A DNA stretch of 64,000 bases from Octopus vulgaris (Eukaryota), in the NCBI GenBank assembly GCA_951406725.2, contig OX597821.1:50468001-50532000 (forward strand), in the 5' to 3' direction. Below, piece by piece: positions 11,850 to 22,325 of this stretch (its first letter is position 1; every line of letters starts with the position of its first letter). Under the pieces are notes generated by a model. That model was given only the letters and a program-made list of their open reading frames with translations. It made no database searches and was not told the origin of the DNA. A program made the translations under genes and the position numbers.

Positions 11850-12320
11850 AGCCGAATGGTGCGGATCAACCACAGTTGAAAATTTTATTGATCCAACAAA
11901 CACGTCGGTGCACACACAGACAATAGAGAGATTGTGGGGGTCAGTTAAGAGATCAGTTGTTCGCCCAGGCATTCGTGCCTGTTACTTAACCCTTTAGTGT
12001 TCAGATTATTCTGTCAAATGTGATGTTTGTTTATTTTAAATGGTTTGAATTAATCATGCATTATCTTGTAGTTTAGAGATTTCGGTGATGCTATTTTTTA
12101 GTTTTAGAACGACATGGTAGGGCTGAGATGAAAGGTGAGATCTGGTCAGTTTCAATATATAACAGGTTATATATTTTGGCCAGATATGGCCGGTTTGAAT
12201 GCTAAAGGGTTAAAACAATACCTCTCTAGATTCCGATTTATGGAAAGCATTAAACCTGCTGCCAAGAGAATACACGTATTCTTATTGGCAGCAGCAAGTC
12301 TTTATCCTGGCCCGAGATAA
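11850..12320 (+). mobile_element. Merlin transposase C-terminal fragment split by a TTAA MITE
   Basis: NFIDPTNTSVHTQTIERLWGSVKRSVVRPGIRACYL|KQYLSRFRF...LYPGPR*; the frame is restored when the MITE is removed. Confidence 0.75.
11990..12209. mobile_element. piggyBac-type MITE
   Basis: TTAA TSD at 11986-11989 and 12210-12213; CCCTTTAG/CTAAAGGG termini; related copy at 24550-24767. Confidence 0.85.
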
Positions 12321-12594
12321 TTTTTTCCTCCAAACGCAACCCATCTCATTTCTTTATCATCACTGTCGATTGACCACTCAAAGAAGTATGTATACATTAT
12401 CTTTTTCATAACATAATTCTCTGTAGTATTTCAAGATGTTTCTGACACGCATTTTGGTTCACATGTCGGAGATCCAACATTTTCTTCACTTTTTCCAGAA
12501 TTTCTTCTCTTTTTTTTTTTGTTTTTTTTTTTTTGCGAAATACGTACAAAAATACGGAGTTTATGATTCTGTGTGTGTGTGTTCTTGATAATCG

Positions 12595-12930
12595 TTTAGA
12601 ACAAGTAGTTTTACACCAATTACACTATTTTTTTTCTTAGTTTAAAGGCCCTGGACTGAAGATGTGAATTTTCCGAGTCCTCTCCCCTCCCCCCTTTCGC
12701 GAGCGCGCCTTTTTTTGTCATATTCGTTTAGAGCAAGTTGTTTTACACCTATTACACTATTTTTTTTTTTGGCTTTGGTGCCCGGGTCAGCCCCTCAGAC
12801 GCTTTCGGAAATTCCTGATGCTTCTCCCCATTTCCCCTTTCGCGTGCGCGCATATTTTTTTTGGTCATATTCGTTTAGAGCAAGTTGTTTTACACCTATT
12901 ACACAATTTTTTTTGTTTTTTTTTGACCGG
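12595..12930. repeat. Three ~130-150 bp spaced direct repeats (probably DNA transposon subterminal repeats)
   Basis: tcgtttaga(a/g)caagt(a/t)gttttacacc(a/t)attacac repeated at ~12592, ~12724 and ~12872. Confidence 0.6.
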
Positions 12931-13037
12931 GTTTAACGCTTTAGTTTAACCATTTTTATAGAATACACTAGTGTGTGATATAACGGAATTTGGTTGTTAT
13001 TTGTAGTATTTTGAGTGATAATATAAAGGTTACCCAC

Positions 13038-13078
<41 letters not shown>

Positions 13079-13407
13079 CGTAACTGGCAGTAAGCTGAAA
13101 CTTAGAAGTCACTGTCAACTTTTACCGTACAAAAATACACAGACTAATACAGCAAAAATGCATCCAGTATACTCTGTAAAGTTGTTGGTGTACATATTAT
13201 TATAGTCAAGTAGTCATTTAAGAATATTAAAACACCTGTCTTCGTTTATAGTTCATTAATATGATTACAATTTTCTGTATTGAATATATAGAAATTTTCT
13301 TTAACATGGCCTTATTAGATTACAATTAACGTGATCTTCAAATAACTCCTGCACTCGACTTGTTGTCCCTACACAGATTCATTGTTCTTTAAACTGTTTG
13401 TCATATA

Positions 13408-14535
13408 TTGGGTCATCTCATATATATTTCAGTTTTCTTCAGTTGCGTAAACGAAAAGTTGGAGGAGGACAGGATAAATTACCTGCATCAACTTACTATA
13501 AAAACAGATAGTAATTTTACCTTGTACTAATTCTTAGTGCAAGTTTTGAAGAGAGCAGTTCGATTTTAACAGCTATTTTTTCAAAGCTATAATAGAAGTG
13601 ACAAAGAAAATTATTCGGCATATTTTGCTTTATGAGTTCAATAAAGGCAACCATGCAGTATTAAGTGTGAGGAATATTAATGCAGTATATGGGGATTGAA
13701 CAATAAGCATAAGCCAGTGACAACGGTAGTACCAGAAATTCCAAGCCGGAAACTACAGCCTAGAAGATTGGCCTTGTCCTAGAAGATCTGTAGAGCTCAA
13801 CAAGGATGTCCTGCAAACCCTAGTGGAGCAAAATCTCATCGTAACTGTTGAGGAACTAGCAGAGAAGCTTGGATTTGGTCATTCAACCATTCATCAACAC
13901 CTGTGTACCATCAGAAAAGTCAGCAAATTGGGTCAATGGGTTCCTCACAAACTTTTCGAGGCTGATCACAAGCAGATAGTGAATGTGCGCTCTTCTTTGC
14001 TGTCACATCTTACGAATGGACCTTGTTTGGTCTGAATAGTGACTGGTGACAAGAAATGGGTTCTCTATAAAAATGTCAAGTGGGTAGGGAAAGGAGAAAC
14101 ATAAGCACTCCAGATTAAAGAAGGTCTTCATCCACGTAATGTGATGTTATCTATTTGATCGGATATGAAAGGTTTAGTCCACTTTGAACTTTTAAACCCA
14201 AACCAAATGATAACAAAGGAGATCTACTACAAACAGCTTAAGTGGCTTGAAGAAAAGCTACCATCTTTGCTTTCAAGATGGTGTTCTTCCATCAGGATAA
14301 TCCTCAGTCACATGCAGTGAGGAAGACATTCCAAAGGCTGGAGCAGTTTGAATGGGAAATGATGCTCCACCCACCATATTCACAGGACATTTCCCCATCT
14401 GATAATCATTTATTCTGCAGTCTTCAAAATTATTTGGACGGGAAAAATATGAATTCTGTAGACAAGGTCAGAACAGTACTGGTGGAGTATTTTTCATCAT
14501 GGACAAGTGAATTTCGGAAGAGAGGGCCTTGCATT
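13408..14535 (+). mobile_element. mariner transposon, decayed, 3' end missing
   Basis: TA + TTGGGTCATC left end; GQWVPHKL, IVTGD, HQDN and HPPYSQDISPSDNHLF motifs with stops and frameshifts. Confidence 0.9.
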
Positions 14536-14667
14536 ACTCTCTTCAGAGGTTTACAATAGTATAAAATACAATTATAATTAAGGGCACAGAAGGTATATAA
14601 GCCTATATGCTGAAAATAAACACTAAATTGTCGAACTGCTTTAAATCACTGTTATAATACACACATT

Positions 14668-15142
14668 GAAAGTGAGGGAGTAGGCTGACAGAAATTCATA
14701 AAACGATTCAGATAGCCTTGGATTGATCAATTTCTGGATAAATATAATGACTTTTCCTCATCAGAAAAACATACTGAGAGAAATAAATCAGACATACATA
14801 CCCACAGAAAAGCAAATGCAAAGCTCTGTTGGGTCTATTTTATATGCTAGCCGCTGATAAAAGTTTTAATGATTTTATCCTTTATTATTATATTTGAATA
14901 TTTTCCATGCACTTCAAGACAGTTTAGTCACTTCTGTACTACTCTGACCAAATGCATACATGGTATTGTATGTAATCGCAGCTTTGTGTTTGCTTTTCTG
15001 TGGGTATGTATAAATGTCTCACTTACTTCCCTCAGTATACTTTGCTGATGAGGAAAAAATCATTAGACTAATCCAGAAATGGATCAATCCAAGCTATCTG
15101 AATTATTTTATGAATTCCTGCCAGCCTACTCCCTTGCTTTCA
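14668..15142. repeat. ~160-bp inverted repeat in the intron of zinc-finger gene 1
   Basis: 14668-14826 is the imperfect reverse complement of 14980-15142. Confidence 0.8.
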
Positions 15143-15269
15143 GTATATAGGCACAGTCCCCTCTGTATTTTGTACTATAATAAATCTCTATATATGAATT
15201 CACCTTAATAGGTCTATTTTATATGCTGGTCACTAATAATATTTTTAACAATTTTATCTATTATTATAT

Positions 15270-15649
15270 TTGACTATACTCTTTTTATATATTTCAGGAT
15301 ATCTGATGTTATTGAGATGGCATATTGAAAACTAAAGATTAACATTAACAAGGATATAAGGGATCTTGCTTGTTTGAATAACTTAAGTTCTATCACTGAA
15401 ATATTTCTTGTGAATTGAGTAATTTCCAATATTGATTGCACCTGTATAACTTCCAAATTATTTCTGTGATAGTGTCAAGATTAAGTTGAAGAAAAAAAAC
15501 AATCGCTTACAACTAAGACCTCTTTGGAATCTCACAAAATTTACAACTGAAGAAAACATGCACTTTGTTGATAATATTTAAAGAAATATTTCTATGAAAA
15601 TTCAAGAAGAATTATAGCTTTTCTATTTTGCGAACAAAAATTTTATATT
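15270..15649 (+). promoter_or_regulatory. Splice acceptor (AG 15296-15297) and conserved ~350-nt 5' UTR of zinc-finger gene 1
   Basis: Pyrimidine tract + TTTCAG; colinear homology with 37715-38093. Confidence 0.7.
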
Positions 15650-17661
15650 ATGAGGAAGAAACTTGCTAAGAGTCCAATTCCTAATGAAAGACAATATGGT
15701 AAGAAAGATGTCTCCTATCAAACAAAAAAGATATCACATGAGTGTGAAACTTGTGGGAAGTCTTTTAAATTAAAAAAATATTTAATTCAACATAAATCTA
15801 TTCACACAGATTCAGAAGTGTACGAGCATGAAATCTGCAGTAAAAAGTTCTCTACAAATAAAAATTCATCTGAACACAAACATAATCATACAAGTGAGAA
15901 GCCATATCACTGTGATATGTGTGATAAAGTGTTCACTCTAAAACATCATTTAACTAAACACAAACGTATTCACTTGAATTTGAGACAAAACCAGTGTGAT
16001 ATTTGTGGTAAAACTTTATCTGTAAATAGCAGTTTGTCTAAACACAAACGTACTCATACAGGAGAAAAACCATATTGCTGTGATATTTGTGGTAAAGAAT
16101 TCCTTCAAAATGGAAATTTATTGATCCATAGACGTAGTCACACAGGAGAGAAACCATACCGTTGTAATATCTGTGGTCAAACTTTCTCTGTTAATAGTTC
16201 TTTATCAAGGCACAAACGCACTCACACAGGAGAGAAGCCATATTGTTGTGGCATTTGTGGCAAAACATTCCCTGCAAATAGTTCTTTATTTACACACAAA
16301 CAAATTCACTTGGACCAGAAACCATACCGTTGTGAAATATGTGGTAAAGCTTTTTCTATTAACCATTCTTTATCTACACATAAACGTATTCACACAGGAG
16401 AGAAACCATACCAATGTGATATCTGCGGTAAAACATTTACAGTTAGTAGTGGTTTATCCACGCACAAACGTATTCACACAGGAGAGAAACCATATCATTG
16501 TGATATCTGTGATAAAAATTCTCCGATTATAGTTCTTTATCGTTACATAAGCTTAAACACACAGGAGAGAGACCATTTCACTGTGATATTTGTGGCAAAG
16601 CTTTTTCTAAAAATAGTAATTTGTTGAACCATGCACGTATTCACACAGGGGAGAAACCATATCATTGTGATATCTGTGGCAAAGCATTCTCTGTAAATAA
16701 TAATTTAATGAATCATAGGCGTGTTCATACAGGAGAAAAACCATACCATTGTGTCATATGTGGTAAAAATTTCTCTACTAATGATTGTTTATCTAACCAC
16801 AAACATATTCACACAGGAGAAAAACCATATCACTGTGATATCTGTGGTAAAGTGTTCTCCAATAAGAGTTATTTTCGATGCCATAAACTTATTCATACAG
16901 GAGAAAAACGTTACCATTGTGATATATGTGGTAAAAAGTTCTCTACAAGTCAGTATTTGTATAATCACAAACGTATTCATACTGGAACAAAGCAGTACCA
17001 TTGTGATATTTGCGGTAACGCATTCTTTCGAAATAGTCATTTATTGAGGCATAAACGTACTCATACTGGTGAAAAACCATACCAGTGTGGTCTGTGTGGT
17101 AAAGCTTTTGCCACAAATGGTCATTTAACTCAACACAAACGTATTCATACAGGAGAGAAACCATATGAATGTGAGATATGCGGCATGAAATTTGCTCGAA
17201 GTTGTACTTTATTGAAACATAGACGCATTCATACAGGAGAAAAACCATACCATTGTGATATCTGTGGCAGAACTTTTTCAGGTAAGGATTCTGTATCCAA
17301 ACACAAACATATTCACACAGAAGGAAAGCAATATCATTGTGATATTTGTGATAAAACATTTTGTGGTAGTAATTCATTTTCCTTGCATAGACTTAATCAC
17401 ACAGGAAAGAAACCATTCCATTGTGATATTTGTGGTAAAGCATTTCTGAAAAATAGTAATTTGTTGAAACACAAACGTGTTCACACAGGTGAGAAACCTC
17501 ACCAATGTGATATCTGTGGTAGGACTTTCTCTCAAAAGAGTAACTTAGTGACCCATAAACATATTCATACTGGAGAAAAGCCATACCGTTGTGATACATG
17601 TGGTAAAAATTTCTCTCAGAAAGGTAACTTATTGAACCATAAACGTGTTCACATGGATTAG
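15650..17661 (+). CDS. Multi-finger C2H2 zinc-finger protein (~22 canonical + 1 degenerate finger); one 1-bp frameshift at the A5 run 16514-16518 (pseudogene or sequencing error)
   Basis: ORFs 15650-16627 and 16621-17661 carry CxxC...HxxxH repeats with TGEKPY linkers; adding one A gives a continuous 670-aa frame. Confidence 0.9.
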
Positions 17662-17693
17662 AAATCTAACGTCTCAGATATATATATATATAC

Positions 17694-17747
<54 letters not shown>

Positions 17748-18001
17748 ATGCATGCTTTTAAAAAAATTTTAAAGTTCTTTTTTTAAGTTTCTTTTCAAAT
17801 TAAAAACATTTTATTCATCTTCAACACCTACATACATCACTTGCACACCCCATATAATACATACACATCCACTGCATGCACAAATCCTTCACACACACAC
17901 ACCAATACACACATTCCTGTGTAGACATACAAACTCATACACATACATTCTCACATGTATATATACACACATACCCATGCACAGCATCACCAACATACTG
18001 A

Positions 18002-18175
18002 TACTGGTTGAATATTTTTCATCATGGACAAGTGAATTTCGGAAGAGAGGGCCTTGCATTACTCTCTTCAGAGGTTTACAATAGTATAAAATACAATTAT
18101 AATTAAGGGCGCAGAAGGTATATATGCTTATATGCTGAAAATAAACACTAAATTGTTGAACTGCTTTAAATCACT
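18002..18175 (+). repeat. Copy of intron segment 14477-14650; continues at 23209-23405 (copy of 14652-14845)
   Basis: Near-identical sequence including the mariner break point. Confidence 0.85.
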
Positions 18176-19875
18176 TGTAGTGACGCTATTGTGGAAGTTT
18201 CAGCGCCCATGTGCAGAGTTGGATTACTTCCAGTAGGCGCTGAAAGTTCCCTTATGCGCATGAACTGCAAATAGAAAGTGTCTTCACTAAATCTTCCTTT
18301 TTAGAAGAGCAGCCCTAACGAATGGACGTGGCTAAAACTTCTCTCAGGGAAAACCCTACGCATAGAGAAGCTCTCTCTTCGAAGCGGGAATGGAGACTGT
18401 ATCTTCTTGGCTCACCCGAATGAACATATGTAAACAGTCCTGTGGACTTGGCTGCCGGTTTGCCCTTAAGAAATATATATGTATATATTTTACCTGTGAA
18501 CCCGAAGAATAAAGTGTTATTTATTGTTATCGAAGACAGCTGGATTTTTAGTTCCTTTTCTTTGACTTGTATGTGACAAGATCAGACTCCCCTCAAGTGT
18601 TCCTGAAACTGTCATCTTGTTACAATTGGTGACCCCGACGTGATACGAACATGCTAGCCGGCACATGGTGTCCACGCCGATAAAATGAAGAAAAGGCACA
18701 GAAACAGAATACAAACTTATATACATTAGCACACATGTGCGTTGACAACTTGTGTTTTCTTTTTTTTTTTAATTTCTTTCTCTCTCTCTCTTTTTTTCTC
18801 TTTCAGGATGGCAGAAGGTGCATACAAAAAAAAAGTTTTCTCCACTACACTCAGTACATTATTGAAAAAATTGTTCTTTTTGCCTTTCTGTTTTTTTGTA
18901 CACACACACACCAGTCCACAAACATCTTTTTGTCGGTTCACTAGTTTTCTCCGTTTCTCGTCGTTTTGCTTCTATTTGTTTCCCTTTGCTCTGTGACAGG
19001 CGTTTCGAACAAACATGTCTGGACCGGGTTTGCCTTTATTCACGGGAGATGTGGGCCTTTGGTTTGCAGTTACATCTCCTCTACTGTAGCTTGCCTCCTC
19101 AACTTGCCACATCGGCCTGGGATCTCATAACGAGTCCCAACCCAGACACCACCTGCGTCAGTTAAAGCAGAAATTCTCCAACACACCAAGCGGTCGGAGG
19201 AGAGCAAGTTCAATGAGCTCATGGCTGATGAACAGTTGGGGGATAGAACACCCTCACAATTTCTGCGCCGTTTAAGGGAATTAAGTGGGAACTCAGCAGA
19301 TGCGCCTCTGCTGCGCAAGATATTTTTCTCCAGGTTGCCTGCCAACATGCAGACAATTTTGGCCACAGGCCTGGAGTCTAATACTGTTGACCAAATTGCC
19401 ACAATGGCCGCCAAAATCTTGGAATTTTCTGGCCCACCTTCGTTGCATAGCTTGTGCGCGTGTGCCGAGACCCCTCCGACAGCTTCTCTGACACCTAATT
19501 CTTTAGAAGATTAGATGTGCTTACACGACACATGGATGATCTGTGCTGTGGGAATAGGCGTTGTTCACGCAGTCATAGTCGGAGTGGCTCTGTTTCTCAT
19601 TCCTCTGGGCAGTGTTCCGGCTTGTGCTGGTACCACTTAAAGTTTGCCAAGAAGGCAAACAAGTGTATCCAGCTGTGCAATTTCAAACCCTCGTTAAACT
19701 AAATCTGGAGAAGTTGAGCACGGCACCTTCTTCCTTTTCTTTTCCTACAAATCGTGCATTCTTCGTCAAAGATCTGGTGTCGAAGAAATTCTTCATGGTA
19801 GACACCGGTTCTTGTAGCATTTGGCCCCTTCATCTGACTGCAGACAAGCCCAAGCGTTCCTCAATTGTTTTGCAT

Positions 19876-21075
19876 GTTCAAAGAGGGTGCTGAAAAAGAT
19901 CAAAGAGGGTGCCGAAAGAGATTAAAAAGGGTACCGAAAGAGATCAAAGAGGAGTGCCGACAAAGATCAAAGAGGGTGCCGAAAAAGATCAAAGAGGGTG
20001 CCGAAAGAGATCAAAGAGGATTGCCGACAAAGATCAAAGAGGGTGCCAACAAAGATCAAAGGGGTGCAAAAAAAGATCAAAGAGGAGTGCAGACAAAGAT
20101 GAAAGGGTGTCGAAAGAGATGAAAGAGTGTGCTGAAAGAGATCAAAGAGGGTGTCGAAAAAGATTAAAGAGGGTGCCGAAAGAGATTAAAGAGGGTGCCG
20201 TAAGAGATTAAAAAGGGTGCCGAAAGAGATCAAAGAGGGTACCGAAAGAGATCAAAGAGGAGTGTCGACAAAGATCAAAGAGGAGTGCCGACAAAGATCA
20301 AAGAGGGTGCTGAAAGAGTGTGCCGAAAGAGATCAAAGAGGGTGCCGAAAGAGATTAAAAAGGGTACCGAAAGAGATCAAAGAGGAGTGCCGACAAAGAT
20401 CAAAGATGGTGTCGAAAGAGATCAAAGAGGGTGCCGAAAGAGATCAAAGAGGAGTGCCGACAAAGATGAAAGAGGAGTGTCGACAAAGATCAAAGAGGGT
20501 GCCGAAAGAGGAGTGCCGACAAAGATTAAAGAGGGTGCCAACAAAAATCAAAGAGGGTGCCGAAAGAGATCAAAGAGGAGTGTCGACAAAGATCAAAGAG
20601 GAGTGCCGACAACGATCAGAGAGGAGTGCCGAAAAAGATTAAAGAGGGTGCCGAAAGAGATCAAAGAGGAGTGCCGACAAAGATCAAAGAAGGTGTCGAA
20701 AGAGATCAAAGAGGACTGCCGACAAAGATCAAAGAGGGTGCTGACAAATATTAAAAAGGGTACCGAAAAAGATCAAAGAGGAGTGCCGAAAAAGATCAAA
20801 GAGGTGTGCCGACAAAGATCAAAGGGGGTGCCGAAAAGACAAAAGATCAAAGAGGAGTGCCGACAAAGATCAAAGAGGGTGCCGAAAAAGATCAAAGAGG
20901 GTGCTGAAAGAGATGAAAGAGGTTGCTGAAAGAGATCAAAGAGGGTGCCGAAAGAGATCAAAGAAGAGTGCCGAAATAGATCAAAGAGGGTGCCAAAAGA
21001 GATCAAAGAGGGTCCTGACAGAGATCAAAGAGGGTGCCGAAAGAGATCAAAGAAGAGTCCCGAAAGAGATCAAAG
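19876..21075. repeat. Minisatellite array of mixed 22-bp and 23-bp units
   Basis: Units gccgaaagagatcaaagagggt and gccgacaaagatcaaagaggagt, about 50 copies with variants. Confidence 0.95.
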
Positions 21076-21426
21076 GAATAGAAAGGTGGTATCAAAAGTG
21101 AAAGTAGAGGAGACAGGTAAAGACAGGAGAGAGGGAGGGGAGAAGAGAGAGAAAGTGGACGAGGAAAAAGAAAAGAAAGTCATCAATGACCCATGTATTA
21201 TGTATTTAATTTGGGTTTTTAATTATTTACACGCTTATTGCTACTTATTACTGTCCTGGTCGTTTTGTCTTTTCATAGCATCACTCGCTACTTTATTTGT
21301 GTTACTGTTTCATATATATTAATATAGCTAGACAAATAGATAGATAGACAGAAAGAGAGAGAGAGAGAGAGATACGCATATACACATACATCATACATGG
21401 CTGCAGTCCTCGGGCTGAAACTAAAG

Positions 21427-21459
<33 letters not shown>

Positions 21460-21875
21460 AATTGAGATAGGGGTTGTAAATGCAACCCTCCATGGGATAA
21501 CATATATCCAATATACTGCTAGTGAAGTACCCAACAAGGTTAATACATAAATGTTAAGGATTGCGATGCAATCAATTCATTTACTGTATTATATGGGCAA
21601 AGGTAAAATGTTTTACCACAAATTCATAATACAAAATAAGAAAATGGAGAAATACATCTAAATCAAATATCAATTACCAGATAATACTCAATCACATACT
21701 TTATTAAACCACCACATAAGAAACTATAGGGTTAAACATAAAAAAGTAGAGCAAAACAGTGTACATAAAGGAGTATACATAAAAAAGTGTACATAAAAGA
21801 GTAATGTTATACGATAAGTAGAATATATATAAGAGAATATAAATATAAGTAAATATATATATAAATATAGATTAC

Positions 21876-21999
21876 ATCTTACATCTGTTTCGGCCATGTA
21901 GATAAGTACGTCTCATTTTACTCATATTAGCCTTTTATGGTAGGTCAATATGTAGTTATAAATGAGACATTTACAAAAATATAAGGCCTCTTCGGAGAT
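21876..21999 (-). ncRNA. Type I hammerhead ribozyme motif with long stem II insert and core variant CCGAAGA
   Basis: Minus strand: ATCT-CCGAAGA-GGCC-[89 nt]-GGCC-GAAAC-AGAT-GTA-AGAT. Confidence 0.6.
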
Positions 22000-22069
22000 T
22001 ATGTGATATAAATCAGTCTATATATATATATATATTTATATGGGTATATATATATATATGCTTGTGTGT

Positions 22070-22325
22070 TTGTGTGAGTGCGTGTCTTTGTGTCTGTGTT
22101 CTCTACCATCACATGTCGACATGTATTGGTGTGTTTACGTCCCCTTAAATTAGTGATTCAGCAAAAGAGACCTATTGAACAAATCCTAGGCTTACAAAAT
22201 AATAATATTAATAATAAAAATTAAATAAATAAAAATTAATTACTTGGGTCGATTCATTCGACCAGAACAGAATGTTCAAGGCGGTTCCCCAGCATGGACA
22301 GTCTAATGACTGAAGCAAGTAAAAG
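22070..22325 (+). mobile_element. SINE family B 3' half
   Basis: ggtgtgtttacgtcccc...ggcggttccccagcatgg...aagtaaaaga. Confidence 0.65.

Noticed and set aside
16173-17599. Alternate-frame and antisense ORFs over ZNF1 (also 38260-39699 over ZNF2)
   Set aside because: Shadow frames of the 84-bp finger repeat
19865-21322. K/R/E-rich ORFs up to 214 aa; superficially CRISPR-like regularity
   Set aside because: Translations of a T-poor minisatellite; there are no unique spacers and no cas genes
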